DNA of 64,000 nucleotides from Myxococcota bacterium (GTDB lineage: Bacteria > Myxococcota_A > Polyangia > Nannocystales > Nannocystaceae). Both the position numbers and the translations under genes were made by a program. The stretch spans positions 1-64,000 of the forward strand of contig JBCCHT010000040.1 of NCBI GenBank assembly GCA_039028615.1. The letters run 5' to 3'. How positions within the stretch are numbered: position 1 is the first letter of the stretch; every line of letters starts with the position of its first letter. Below the pieces are notes generated by a model, which worked only from the letters and a program-made list of their open reading frames with translations, was not told the origin of the DNA and did not search any database. Of this stretch, positions 40,448 through 51,551 are shown in pieces.

Positions 40448-41821
40448 ATGACTCATCGTCACGCCTCCGTTTTCGCGGGTCTCACCGCCCTCGCGCTGTC
40501 GTCCGCGTGTGCCGACGACGGCCAGACCCCACCCGCCGACACCGACGAGCCCGAAGCCACGGGCACCAGCACGGGCGAGGCCGCCGACCAAGTCCTCTAT
40601 CACGAGGACATCCGACCGATCCTCGCGCAGCACTGTGGCTCGTGCCACTCCGAGGGCGCGATCGGCCCGTTCACCATCCAGGACTACGAGGAAACGCGGG
40701 AGTGGGGCGGGGCCATCTTGGCCGCGATGCAGGCCCGCACGATGCCGCCCTTCGGCGTGAACAACGATGGCAGCTGCAACACCTTCACCGACGCGCGCTG
40801 GGTGAGCGACGAGGAGATCGAGGCCGTCGCCGCCTGGGTCGAAGCCGACTATCCCGAGGGAGACGCGTCGATCCCCACCCCGGACAACCCGCAGCTCGCC
40901 ACGCTGACGGGGGAGGTGACCAACCTCGGCCTGCCGCTCTACGAGCCGCAGGTCGTCCCCGAGTACGGGGGCTTCGAGGACTATCACTGCTTCGCCGTCG
41001 AGCTCGACATCGACGAGCCGCAGTTCATCACCGGGTTCGACGTCGCGCCCGGCAACGCGCAGCTGGTGCACCACGTGCTCGGCTTCCGGGTCGACCCCGA
41101 CTTCTTCGGCAACCGCGAGCAGATGGAAGCGCTCGACGCCATGAGCCCCGACGTGCCCGGCTGGGACTGCTTTGGGGCGGCGGGCGACGACGTGTTTCCG
41201 GCGGGCGTGCCCGTGACCTGGGCGCCCGGCACCGGGGCGGTCGAGTACCCCGAAGGCACGGGCATCCGCTTCGAGCCGGGCGACGTGCTGGTCGTGCAGA
41301 TGCACTACGACCTGGCCGAAGCCTCGGGCATGGACCAGTCCGAGGTGCTGCTCAAGCTGGCCCCCGAGGTCGAGCGCGAGGCCCATCAGATCCTGTGGGA
41401 CCCGTTCTTGTTCTCCGAGCAGTTCGGCAACCCGCTGCAGCTACCCCCGGGGGAGCAGGCCGCCACGTACACGTGGGACGAGCAGATGCGGGAGATGACC
41501 GCGCTCGACAACTCCGGCGCGGGCAACTACGAGGAGGTCGAGATCCTGGGCCTCATCCCGCACATGCACCAGCGGGGCACCACCATGACCATCGACTTCG
41601 AGACCGAAGCGTCGGGCATGCAGTGCGGGGCCGATGTCGATCGCTGGGACTTCAACTGGCAGATCAACTACTTCCTCGAGGAGCCCCTGCGGGTGTCGAT
41701 GACCGACCGCATGCACGTGACCTGCGAGTGGAACACCATGGGCGACACCAATCCCATCTTCCCCGGGTTCGGCTCCGACGACGAGATGTGCCTCGTCGGG
41801 GTGATGTTCGCCCCGCTGTGA
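40448..41821 (+). CDS. Lipoprotein: c-type heme motif + copper type II (DBH/PHM-like) monooxygenase
   Basis: Lipobox SSA-C, CGSCH heme motif, CuH ligands LVHH and QMHY, CuM ligands PHMH and DEMC. Confidence 0.88.
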   Translation: MTHRHASVFAGLTALALSSACADDGQTPPADTDEPEATGTSTGEAADQVLYHEDIRPILAQHCGSCHSEGAIGPFTIQDYEETREWGGAILAAMQARTMPPFGVNNDGSCNTFTDARWVSDEEIEAVAAWVEADYPEGDASIPTPDNPQLATLTGEVTNLGLPLYEPQVVPEYGGFEDYHCFAVELDIDEPQFITGFDVAPGNAQLVHHVLGFRVDPDFFGNREQMEALDAMSPDVPGWDCFGAAGDDVFPAGVPVTWAPGTGAVEYPEGTGIRFEPGDVLVVQMHYDLAEASGMDQSEVLLKLAPEVEREAHQILWDPFLFSEQFGNPLQLPPGEQAATYTWDEQMREMTALDNSGAGNYEEVEILGLIPHMHQRGTTMTIDFETEASGMQCGADVDRWDFNWQINYFLEEPLRVSMTDRMHVTCEWNTMGDTNPIFPGFGSDDEMCLVGVMFAPL

Positions 41822-41878
41822 GCGGGCGAGACCAATCCCGGGGCCGCCATCGCTGCGGTCCCCGGGATGCGGCGCGTC

Positions 41879-43300
41879 TCAGTAGCAGATGCCGTTGAGC
41901 GGGGCCGAGACGCGGTTGCCCAGGATGCCCCCGCCGCCGCGACAGGCGGTGCAGATCTGCTGATCGAAGTGCGCGAGGAAGGGGTCGTGGGTCTGCGCCG
42001 CGCTGGCGCCCCAGAAGGTGTTCGACATGCTGCCGCCAAAGAACACCTTGCGCAGCCCGGCGTAGCCGCCGAAGCCATCTTCGACGACGAGCTCCGGGAA
42101 CGCCATGGGGGTGGCGCCGCTAATCGGGTGGCGGTTCATGATGCGGGTGGGCGACAGGCCGACCTCGCCCGTGTACTTGCTCAAGGTCACGGTACCGCCG
42201 GTCTGCTCCTGGGTCATGACGTAGACGTCGGCGTCCTCGTCCGCGTCCACGCGGATGCTGCTGACGGGCCAGCCGCCGTCCTCGAAGATGGTGGTCGGGC
42301 TGGGTCCGTCGAGGTCGGCAATGACCACGCGAGCCTCGTGGTTGCCGCCGCCCAGGTCTCGGCGAGCGACCATCGCCACGCGCAGGACCGAGACGCCGGC
42401 CGTGTTCGCGGTGTCGACCATCACCAGGTCGTCCAGGAAGTCGTCGTGGCCTTCGGCGTAGCTGTACACGGAGGCGAAGGCCCCGGTGCTCGGGTCGAAC
42501 TCCGATAGCCACAGCTGGGTGCCGGCTGCGTGCAGGCCCCAGCCCGCGGCGTAGATCGAGCCGCTACCGTCGAACGCGAGGTGGGTCGGGATGCCGGCCA
42601 TGCCCGTGGTGTAGGTGGCCGCTTGCGCGCCCGAGGCGGCGTCGAGGCGGACCACCGAAGAGCCGGTCGCCATCCAGATGTCGTCGCCGTTCGGGGCGTA
42701 CGCGCAGTCGGTCGCGAACGAGGTCCCGGGGACGGTCGTCTGCCAGTCCATCTGCAGGCTCGAGGTGGCGTCGTCGTAGGTCCAGTGCTGGGCGATCGCC
42801 AAGCCGCTGCCCTGCGTGTCGCCGCCGCAGGTGACGAAGGTCCCGTCGGCGGCGGGATTGGCCGAGACGTGGCGGGCGATCTGGTTGGACGCGGTGGGAT
42901 GACCGGGGTGACCCGAGCCGTTGGCGACGACCGAGAAGGAGTTGCTGGAGTGGTCGTAGGCGACGACCGAGACGGTCTGCCCGAGGGGCAGCGGGCCATG
43001 GTGAGCGGTGGCGAACACGAAGTCGCCCGCGCCCGGGCGGCCGATGGTGTCGAACTCGTCGACGGCACCGCCGGCCCAGCAGTGCGCGGACTGACGGTTG
43101 CCCCGCCAGCTCATCGCGGCACACTCGGCCGTGCTCGCCAAGATCGGTGGGCCTTTGCGCATCTCGACGTCGTCGTCCTCGACGATCTCGATCTCGTCGG
43201 TGACGTCGCACGCCCCGGTCATCGCCACGAGGGCAGCGACCGTGAGGGCAGGCACGAGGGCGCGGAAGCGGAGGGACGGGGGCAGGGGCTGGTGGGTCAT
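41879..43300 (-). CDS. Hypothetical lipoprotein, probable beta-propeller
   Basis: Lipobox TGA-C and propeller-like blades (LAFDGSGSIYAAG, YAPNGDDIWMA, VDADEDADVYV). Confidence 0.78.
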   Translation of the reverse strand: MTHQPLPPSLRFRALVPALTVAALVAMTGACDVTDEIEIVEDDDVEMRKGPPILASTAECAAMSWRGNRQSAHCWAGGAVDEFDTIGRPGAGDFVFATAHHGPLPLGQTVSVVAYDHSSNSFSVVANGSGHPGHPTASNQIARHVSANPAADGTFVTCGGDTQGSGLAIAQHWTYDDATSSLQMDWQTTVPGTSFATDCAYAPNGDDIWMATGSSVVRLDAASGAQAATYTTGMAGIPTHLAFDGSGSIYAAGWGLHAAGTQLWLSEFDPSTGAFASVYSYAEGHDDFLDDLVMVDTANTAGVSVLRVAMVARRDLGGGNHEARVVIADLDGPSPTTIFEDGGWPVSSIRVDADEDADVYVMTQEQTGGTVTLSKYTGEVGLSPTRIMNRHPISGATPMAFPELVVEDGFGGYAGLRKVFFGGSMSNTFWGASAAQTHDPFLAHFDQQICTACRGGGGILGNRVSAPLNGICY

Positions 43301-43534
43301 CGCTGAGCCATCCCCACCCGCCGTCGCCGATCTGACGCCGCCGGCCGGCTTTTTTCGACGACGCCGTCTCGCTAGAACTCATCTCATAAACCCTCGCGCG
43401 GCGATAACGTGGCCCCCGTCGACGAGCGCCGCGTTGCCAATCCTTGAAGTACGCCCAGTACGCCGGCGAATTGGCGCCTTGCTCTCGTCGACGCTGACCA
43501 CGTTCTCACCCCACGAGGGTTTATGAGATGAGTT

Positions 43535-44317
43535 CTAGTCGCGGCGCGGCGGCCAGGGCAAGAACGCGCTCGTGCGCTGGGCGTACTCGCGGTAGCCGGG
43601 CTTCGACGAGCGCAGCGATCGACCCAAGATCGCGACGCCCGAGACCTTGATGATGAGCGCGGTCATCAGCAGCGCTCCGATGGCGGGGACGTAGCTGCCG
43701 GCCGCCACCGAGAGCAGGCCGTAGCCCCACCAGCAGGCACTGTCGCCGAAGTAGTTCGGGTGCCGGGTGTATCGCCAAAAGCCGGTGGTCAGCAGCTCGT
43801 CGGAGCGTGTGCGCCGGGCGAGGAAGCGGGTGAGCTGGAGGTCGCTGCCCGCCTCGAACACGAAGCCCACGAGCCACACCGCGACGGCCACCGCGTCGAG
43901 CCAGCCGAGGGGGCCACCCTGGGTCTGGGCCCCGAGCAGCGGCGCGCCGATGACCCAGGCCAAGGTGCCCTGCAGCACGAACACCTGGAAGAAGCTCACC
44001 CACCAGTATCGATGGGCACCGTAGCGGCGACGAAAGGCCTGGTAGCGCGGGTCCTCGGGCTCGCCCCAGTTGCGCCACGCCAGGTAGATCGAAAGCCGCA
44101 GTCCCCAGACGGTGACCAGCCCGACGAGCAGCAGCTTGCGGTGCGGATCGCCTCCGGGCGTGTGGAGGAAGTACCACCAGGCGAAGACCACGAAGGTCAT
44201 GCCCCACAGGGCGTCGACGATGCTGGCGTCCCGCAGGCGCACGCTCACCAGCCACGCGATGGCCAGCAGCCCGAGGATGAGCGCATAGGCTTGGAAGTAG
44301 AGGGCGACCGGGAACAT
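43535..44317 (-). CDS. DUF1295 family membrane protein (steroid 5-alpha-reductase-like)
   Basis: DASIVDALWG, WGLRL, EDPRY, TGFWRYTRHPNYFGD and YAQRTSAFLPW. Confidence 0.92.
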   Translation of the reverse strand: MFPVALYFQAYALILGLLAIAWLVSVRLRDASIVDALWGMTFVVFAWWYFLHTPGGDPHRKLLLVGLVTVWGLRLSIYLAWRNWGEPEDPRYQAFRRRYGAHRYWWVSFFQVFVLQGTLAWVIGAPLLGAQTQGGPLGWLDAVAVAVWLVGFVFEAGSDLQLTRFLARRTRSDELLTTGFWRYTRHPNYFGDSACWWGYGLLSVAAGSYVPAIGALLMTALIIKVSGVAILGRSLRSSKPGYREYAQRTSAFLPWPPRRD

Positions 44318-44404
44318 GGCTGCGGCCCCGAGCCTGCGGGGCGAGGGCTCGATCGTCAACGAGATCGAGGGCCAGGCCCGGTGCGAGGCCGAATTGGGCC
44401 CACC

Positions 44405-45454
44405 ATGGTTCGCTTTCGGGCGTCCGGGGCGCGAGAGCGCTATCTCCCACGTGTGCTGCGTCGCTGGGTCCGCCGCCTGACGATGATCGGGACCCACGCC
44501 GTGATCTGGGGGTCGATCGTGGGGCTCGTGCCGCTGTGGCTGCCGCTGGTGGGCCTGCACGATCTCGTGCGACGCAACCGCGGGGCAGGGCTACGCATGA
44601 TGGTCCTTTTGGGGACCTTCTCGCTCGCCGAGCTTCTCGGGGTCTTGGGAGCGGGCGTGATCTGGCTCCGCCACGCGCTCGGTCGGAGCCTCGGCTCGGA
44701 TCGATGGCTCGAGGACAACTACCGACTTCAGCAGCGGTGGACCTCGGCTCTGCTCGGCGCGGCGATTCGAGTGCTTCGGTTGTCGTTCGAGGTCGAGGGT
44801 GATGCCACGGCGGTGCCCGGCCCGGTGGTGGTGCTGATGCGTCACACGAGCATGCTGGACACGGTGCTGCCCGTGGTCTTCTTGGGCGCACGCCACCAGC
44901 TGCGCCTGCGCTACGTGCTCAAGACCGAGCTGCAGTTCGATCCCTGCCTCGACATCGTGGGCAATCGGCTGCCCAACTACTTCGTCGACCGAGCGGGGAC
45001 TACCCCGCGTGAGCTCGAGGCGCTGGGGCGGCTCGCCGATGGCCTGGGCCCGCGCGACGGGGCGCTCATCTATCCCGAGGGCACGCGCTTTTCCGTGGGC
45101 AAGCTGGCGCGGGCCAAAGAGAAGCTGGCGGCCACCAATCCCGAACTCCATGAACTCGCGGCGGGCCTGCGCCGCGTGCTTCCCCCGCGTCCGGGTGGGG
45201 CGCTGACCCTGCTCGACCGCGCGTTGCCCCAAGGGGCCGACGTCGTCGTGTTCACGCACTCGGGACTCGAGCGACTCGTGAGCTGGCGCGACATGGTCTC
45301 CGGGGAGGCGATCGGCACGACCGTGCGGGTGAAGATCTGGCGCGTGTCGGGGGCCGAGGTCCCGGCCTCGCGGGAGCAACGACTGCACTGGCTGTTCGAT
45401 CGATGGCACGAGATCGATGCCCTCGCGGTCCGCCATGAAGCCGACGAGGCCTAG
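44405..45454 (+). CDS. Lysophospholipid acyltransferase (PlsC family)
   Basis: RHTSMLD (HxxxxD), YVLK, FVDR and IYPEGTRF. Start approximate. Confidence 0.88.
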   Translation: MVRFRASGARERYLPRVLRRWVRRLTMIGTHAVIWGSIVGLVPLWLPLVGLHDLVRRNRGAGLRMMVLLGTFSLAELLGVLGAGVIWLRHALGRSLGSDRWLEDNYRLQQRWTSALLGAAIRVLRLSFEVEGDATAVPGPVVVLMRHTSMLDTVLPVVFLGARHQLRLRYVLKTELQFDPCLDIVGNRLPNYFVDRAGTTPRELEALGRLADGLGPRDGALIYPEGTRFSVGKLARAKEKLAATNPELHELAAGLRRVLPPRPGGALTLLDRALPQGADVVVFTHSGLERLVSWRDMVSGEAIGTTVRVKIWRVSGAEVPASREQRLHWLFDRWHEIDALAVRHEADEA

Positions 45455-45535
45455 ACTCGGCCTGGGGATCTCACACCGGCCAGAGGCCGGGCCGCTGCCG
45501 TCGAAGGGCGTAGCGGGACCTGCTACGTTCGCGGC

Positions 45536-46561
45536 ATGCAGGCCTACGAGATCAAGGGCGGCTTCGGGCTCGACAACCTCACCAAGGTCGAGCGACCGAT
45601 GCCGGAGCCGGGTCCGGGACAGGTGCGGGTCCGCGTCACGGCGGTGTCGCTCAACTACCGCGACCTGCTGATGGTGCGGGGCCACTACAACCCGCGGCAG
45701 CCCTTGCCGCTGGTTCCCTGCTCGGATGGCGTGGGTCTGGTGGAGGCGATCGGTCCCGGCGTGCAGGGCTTGGAGATCGGCGATCGCGTGGCCGGCCTGT
45801 TCGTCCAGCGCTGGGCGGCGGGCTCTCCCACCGCCCAGGCGCAACGCTCGACGCTCGGCGGCCCCCTCGATGGCATGCTGGCGGAGCAGGTGGTGCTCGA
45901 TGCCCAGGGGGTGGTGTCCGTGCCCGAGCACCTGAGCGACGCCGAGGCGGCCACCTTGCCCTGCGCCGCGTTGACGGCCTGGAGCGCCCTGGTCACCGAG
46001 GGCGGCATACGGGCGGGCGACACCGTGCTCGTCCAAGGCACGGGCGGGGTCTCGACCTTCGCTCTCGCGTTCGCCCGCATGCACGGGGCCCGGGTCATCG
46101 CCACTACCAGCCGACCCGCCAAGGCCGAAGCGCTCCTGGCCCGCGGCGCCTGGAAAGTCATCGACTATCGAAAGGACCCCAAGTGGGGCAAGACGGCGCT
46201 GTCGCTGACCGAGGGTCGCGGGGTCGATCACGTGGTCGAGGTCGGCGGCGTGGGCACGATGGCGCAGTCGCTCCGGGCGTTGCGCCCCGGCGGCACCCTG
46301 AGCCTCATCGGCGTGCTGGCGGGGGTGCAGGCCGACCTTTCGCTCACCTCGGTGTTGATGAACCAGATCCGCGTGCAGGGCATCTTCGTCGGGCACCGCG
46401 AGGGCTTCCTCGCCATGAACCGGGCCATCCGCGAGCACGAGCTGCGGCCGCTGGTCGACAAGGTCTTCGAGTTCGACGAGGCGGTCGCTGCGTTCGAGCA
46501 CCTCGCCTCGGGCGACCATCAGGGCAAGGTCTGCATCAAGGTCGCGACCAGTCCAGCGTGA
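45536..46561 (+). CDS. NAD(P)-dependent alcohol dehydrogenase / quinone oxidoreductase (MDR family)
   Basis: SLNYRD, PCSDGVG, AATLPCAALTAW, QGTGGVS and HQGKVCI. Confidence 0.94.
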   Translation: MQAYEIKGGFGLDNLTKVERPMPEPGPGQVRVRVTAVSLNYRDLLMVRGHYNPRQPLPLVPCSDGVGLVEAIGPGVQGLEIGDRVAGLFVQRWAAGSPTAQAQRSTLGGPLDGMLAEQVVLDAQGVVSVPEHLSDAEAATLPCAALTAWSALVTEGGIRAGDTVLVQGTGGVSTFALAFARMHGARVIATTSRPAKAEALLARGAWKVIDYRKDPKWGKTALSLTEGRGVDHVVEVGGVGTMAQSLRALRPGGTLSLIGVLAGVQADLSLTSVLMNQIRVQGIFVGHREGFLAMNRAIREHELRPLVDKVFEFDEAVAAFEHLASGDHQGKVCIKVATSPA

Positions 46562-47744
46562 ACGAGAAGGTGGTGCCGCCCTCGGGGGCGCTGCGGGCCC
46601 AGATCTTCCCGCCGTGCGCACGGACGATGCGGCGGGCGGTGGCCAGGCCGAGGCCATCACCGGGGGCGTCGTCGTCGAGGCGCACGAAGGGCTCGAAGAT
46701 CCGCTCGGCCTTACCCGGCGGCAGCCCGACTCCGTTGTCGCGCACGTAGAAGCAGGCGGCGCCCTCGCCCTCGTTGCGTCCGACCTCGATGCGCGCGGGC
46801 GTCTCGGAGGCCGAGAACTTCCACGCGTTGCGCAGCAGGTTGTCGAGCAAGGAGTGCAACAGGGCCCGATCGCCGACGGCATGGAGGCCATCGGCGATGC
46901 TCCACTCGACCCTGCGGGCCGGGTTTTGCACCTTCAGTCGCTCGGCGATTTCCATCGCGATGGCGCTGAGGTCGACCGACTCGCGCGCGGGCTCGGCAGA
47001 CGAGAGCCGGAACAGGCCCATCATGCCCTCGACGAGCGTGTTCATGCGCATCACGCTGGCGCGGAGCTGGGTGAGGTCTTCTTTGGCCTCGTCGTCGAGC
47101 GACGCCTCGTGCTCCTTGCGGAAGATGTCGACGTAGCCGATGGCGGCGGTCAGCGGCGAGCGAAGGTCGTGGGAGACGGCGCGCCCGAAGGCCTCGAGCT
47201 CGGTGTTGGCCGCCCGCAGATCGTCGAGTCGACGGCGTCGCGCCAGCTCGGTGCCCACCCATTGGCCCATGAGCTGGAGCGCATCGACGTCGACCTCGTC
47301 GAAGTGCCGGGCCCGCGGCTCGGGCGAAGAGAAGTTGAGGGTGCCGAAGCACTCGCCATCGACCGTGATCGGCACGCCGATATAGGACTCGAGGCGAAAC
47401 GAGGTATAGGCGGGATGGGTCTCGTGGGTCTGACCCATGTTCTCGAAGGTGATGGGCCCCTCGGCGCGCAGGGTGAGGCTGCACGGGGTGACGCCCAGCT
47501 CGAACTCGTCGCCGTCGCTCAGGCTCAGGCTGGGCGGGGCGACGACGTGCACGATGGTGTAGCGCTCGCCTCGGATATTCGACAGCACGCCGATGTCCAG
47601 GTCGAAGCGCTCGCAGCCGAGCCTCAGCAGGCGTCGCAGCTGGTGGTCGAAGCCCTGCTCGTGCTCGCTGGTGATGGCGTAGAGCGTGCGGATGACCGCT
47701 TCACTCTTCCCGACTTCGGGCCGGTCGTCGGACGTACCCCCCAC
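46536..47744 (-). CDS. GAF-domain sensor histidine kinase (cytoplasmic)
   Basis: GAF (SYIGVPITVDGECFGTLNFSS), H-box VSHDLRSPL, N-box NLLRNAWKF and G boxes DNGVG and GLGLA. Confidence 0.92.
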   Translation of the reverse strand: MGGTSDDRPEVGKSEAVIRTLYAITSEHEQGFDHQLRRLLRLGCERFDLDIGVLSNIRGERYTIVHVVAPPSLSLSDGDEFELGVTPCSLTLRAEGPITFENMGQTHETHPAYTSFRLESYIGVPITVDGECFGTLNFSSPEPRARHFDEVDVDALQLMGQWVGTELARRRRLDDLRAANTELEAFGRAVSHDLRSPLTAAIGYVDIFRKEHEASLDDEAKEDLTQLRASVMRMNTLVEGMMGLFRLSSAEPARESVDLSAIAMEIAERLKVQNPARRVEWSIADGLHAVGDRALLHSLLDNLLRNAWKFSASETPARIEVGRNEGEGAACFYVRDNGVGLPPGKAERIFEPFVRLDDDAPGDGLGLATARRIVRAHGGKIWARSAPEGGTTFSFTLDWSRP

Positions 47745-47833
47745 GGCTCGCCCAGCGTATCGGAAAGCGGTCGCGTCCGAGTCACGAGACCGCGCCTCAC
47801 CGAGGTACGCGGTTTCGTCCCCGGCAAATGCCG

Positions 47834-48073
47834 TCAACCATCTCGCGGGGCGGGGGGCGCCGCTTCGCCGTCGCCCTTCGATCCACCGCCCTGCAGCAGA
47901 TAGAGCAGCCCGCCCGCCGTGACGATGCCCAGGATCTTCCCCAGCGGGAGCACGAAGATGATGAAGGCGTTGATGGCACCGAACACGAGGCCGGCCGTGC
48001 TTCCCCACGAGCGGGCGAGCCAGAGTGCGGTGATGATCGTCAGTGCGATGGCGCCGTAGAGCACGGGCGACAC
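47834..48073 (-). CDS. Small membrane protein
   Basis: 79 aa with 2-3 hydrophobic segments and GC3-biased codons. Confidence 0.62.
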   Translation of the reverse strand: MSPVLYGAIALTIITALWLARSWGSTAGLVFGAINAFIIFVLPLGKILGIVTAGGLLYLLQGGGSKGDGEAAPPAPRDG

Positions 48074-48126
48074 GGTACACCGGTCGGGGGTCGGCGCCGG
48101 TCACCGAAATGAAACGCGCGGGCTTG

Positions 48127-48390
48127 CTACCAGAGGATCTCGTCCTTCGAGGGCGCGGGGCGATCCAGCATCTCGGCCTGGCGACGCAGGTACCGTTGCA
48201 AAACGCGACGCGCCTCCCAGGCGGCCTGCCTCCGTGCCCGCCGGACCTGCACCGACGACGGCGTGCTCCGTCGGCGGCCGACGCTCCTCTTGGTGTACTC
48301 GGCGGCGTACGAGGCTCGCCGATCCACGTCGCCTTGCGCGGTGGTCGAAGAGGAACGAAGCAGCATGGGACCGTGCTGAGAGGAGTGCAT
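48127..48390 (-). CDS. Small basic hypothetical protein
   Basis: 87 aa, Arg-rich, with a strong SD AAGGAAGGAG just before the ATG. Confidence 0.5.
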   Translation of the reverse strand: MHSSQHGPMLLRSSSTTAQGDVDRRASYAAEYTKRSVGRRRSTPSSVQVRRARRQAAWEARRVLQRYLRRQAEMLDRPAPSKDEILW

Positions 48391-48525
48391 CACTCCTTCC
48401 TTTGCGCGTGGACCCGGGACATTACGGATTTCGTGCAATCGACAATTCGGCGCGGAGCACTGCAACTGCAGTGGCCACCCCTGGCTCCAACCGTTGTGCT
48501 ACGGCCCCGACGCGGTGGTTTGGAC

Positions 48526-49398
48526 TCATGCGCGGCTGCGCTGGCGATCGACTCGTCGCAGCAGCGCGGTGACCAGTGTTGCGCTGACTAACACCAACAA
48601 TGCGTAGAGCAAGGGGATGGGCAACATCCGATCGGAAGTCGCCTCGGGGAAGCTCGCGATGACTACTGCAATAGCCAGCGGGCTGTTCTGGATGCCGGTC
48701 TCGAAACTCACCGCGCGTCGCTGCTCGACGCCGAGCCCGAGCACCCGCGCGCCGAGCCACCCGAGCGTCATGCCGAGCACGCCGAGCGCAAGGGCGGCGC
48801 TCACGTGCGCGGCGGGGAGCGTGAAGAGCAGTTCACGGTTTCGGACCAAGCCCGAGACGATCAGCAATAGTAGGACTGCGATGCCCGACAACCCGCCCAT
48901 GCGCTCGAGCTTCGCGGCGCGCTCGGGGTTGCGTCGTCGCAGCCACATGCCGAGCGACAGCGGCACGAGCATCAGCGCCAGCGTGGTCGCGATGCCGCCG
49001 AAGGGGACCTCGAGCGAACCCAGCCCGAGCGACCGCGTGTACAGGTAGAGGATCGACGGCATGGCGACGACCGCCACCACCGACGAGACCACGGTCATCG
49101 TGATGCTCAGCGCGAGGTCGGCCCGCGTGTAGTAGGCGAAGAGGTTCGAGGTCGTGCCGCCCGGGGTGCAGCCGACCACGATCAAGGACAGAGCGATCAA
49201 GGGGTCGAGGCCCAGCGCGCGGCCGAGCAACCACGCGATGAAGGGCATCCATCCGAACTGCGAGGCCAGCCCGATGAGCAAGCCCTTGGGGGCGCGGGCG
49301 ACCTGCTTGAACTGCTCGACGGACAGCGCCGCTCCCATGCCGGCCATGAGCACGAGCAGGAGCACGGCGAGCGCGGCTTTTTCGATGGGACCCAGCAT
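48526..49398 (-). CDS. Bile acid:sodium symporter (BASS/SLC10) family transporter
   Basis: MAGMG, SQFGWMP, GCTPGGTTSN, DLALSITMT and FETGIQNS. Confidence 0.94.
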   Translation of the reverse strand: MLGPIEKAALAVLLLVLMAGMGAALSVEQFKQVARAPKGLLIGLASQFGWMPFIAWLLGRALGLDPLIALSLIVVGCTPGGTTSNLFAYYTRADLALSITMTVVSSVVAVVAMPSILYLYTRSLGLGSLEVPFGGIATTLALMLVPLSLGMWLRRRNPERAAKLERMGGLSGIAVLLLLIVSGLVRNRELLFTLPAAHVSAALALGVLGMTLGWLGARVLGLGVEQRRAVSFETGIQNSPLAIAVVIASFPEATSDRMLPIPLLYALLVLVSATLVTALLRRVDRQRSRA

Positions 49399-49499
49399 GA
49401 CGAGGCTCGATCACCAGTAGCACGCCGAGCTGCCCGGGCGTGCGGGCCTCGTTGCGGGGCATACATCGAGACGGGTCGTTCGTGCGTATGCTGCAGCGG

Positions 49500-50333
49500 A
49501 TGCTCCGCCCAAGGTTTGGTTCGTGCGTGCTGGCCATCGCGATCGCCTCGTGCGCGGGCCCGCGAGAGCAACCCGAGCAGCCGCACTCGCCGTCGTCGTT
49601 CGCGACGGCGGAGCCGGCTCCGTCGGACGAGCCCGCGGCGGTCGAGGCTGCACCGGACCCCGTGCAGCCCGATGCACGGGAGAAGGAGACTTCGCGGTCG
49701 CTGCCCTACGATGCCAAGTGGGTCGACGCCGTGCGCTCGGCGGTGGCGCTGCATGCTTCGTGGGGCCGAGTCGACGACGAGTCTCGGTGGGCGCCGTTTC
49801 TGTGCCGCATGCCACGGGCTGCACTGGCGCACCCCAGCGAGAGCGGCGATCCGAAGACCCACGGTCACAAGCTGTACACGCTGTACGCGATGGATCCGGT
49901 GGCCTACGGCGCTCGCCCCTCGGCCATGCCTCAGGAGGCCGCGGTGCTCGAAGGCATGGAGCAGGTGGTGGTCAAAGAGTCGTTCCTGCCGCTGCCGTGG
50001 GAGCAGTTTCAGGACCAAAAGGCCGCTGTGCACCCCGGAGGAGGGGTTGGCGAGCATCGCCTGCGCCCGGCCGAACGCGACGGGCAACGGTTCGTCGCGG
50101 GGGCTCGCCAGGGTCTATACGTGATGATGAAACACGAAGGGGCGCCCAAGGACACGGACGCGGGGTGGATCTACGCCACCGTCGAATCCGACATGATCAC
50201 GGTGACCGCAGTCGGGGTGATCGAGTCGTGTGCGAGCTGCCATCGCGAAGCAGGACCGGGGCGTTTGTTCGGCTTGCCGGATCCGACCGAACCGGCGAAG
50301 GCGGCGAACTCGGCACCGTCGCCGCCGCTGTGA
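49500..50333 (+). CDS. Cytochrome P460-like lipoprotein
   Basis: Lipobox IAS-C, VVVKE, LYVMMK...GWIYA and C-terminal CASCH. Confidence 0.72.
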   Translation: MLRPRFGSCVLAIAIASCAGPREQPEQPHSPSSFATAEPAPSDEPAAVEAAPDPVQPDAREKETSRSLPYDAKWVDAVRSAVALHASWGRVDDESRWAPFLCRMPRAALAHPSESGDPKTHGHKLYTLYAMDPVAYGARPSAMPQEAAVLEGMEQVVVKESFLPLPWEQFQDQKAAVHPGGGVGEHRLRPAERDGQRFVAGARQGLYVMMKHEGAPKDTDAGWIYATVESDMITVTAVGVIESCASCHREAGPGRLFGLPDPTEPAKAANSAPSPPL

Positions 50334-50533
50334 AATGCAGCGAGAGATCTGGGGCCGGGACTGCAACGACTGCCGTCTTTTTCCCCAGTGAGGCCCAATA
50401 GGACAGCATCGACCGGCTCCAGGGCAGGGTTGTGGCCAGCCCCGGGCCGGGTGCGTGATTGAACTCGAATTTCCGGTGACTTGCACCGCTCGTCTGAAAC
50501 CGCGCCCATCGGCTACGATCTCCGACGCACCCG

Positions 50534-51481
<948 letters not shown>

Positions 51482-51551
51482 ATCGCCGTTTTTGGGCCGC
51501 ACACGGGATGCGGTGATCCGCCGGGGAGGGTCGTGGACCTCTCCCGATGAG

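Noticed and set aside
48460..48478. Sigma54 promoter (TGGC...TTGCA on the minus strand)
   Set aside because: The GG-to-GC spacing is 11 nt rather than the required 10.
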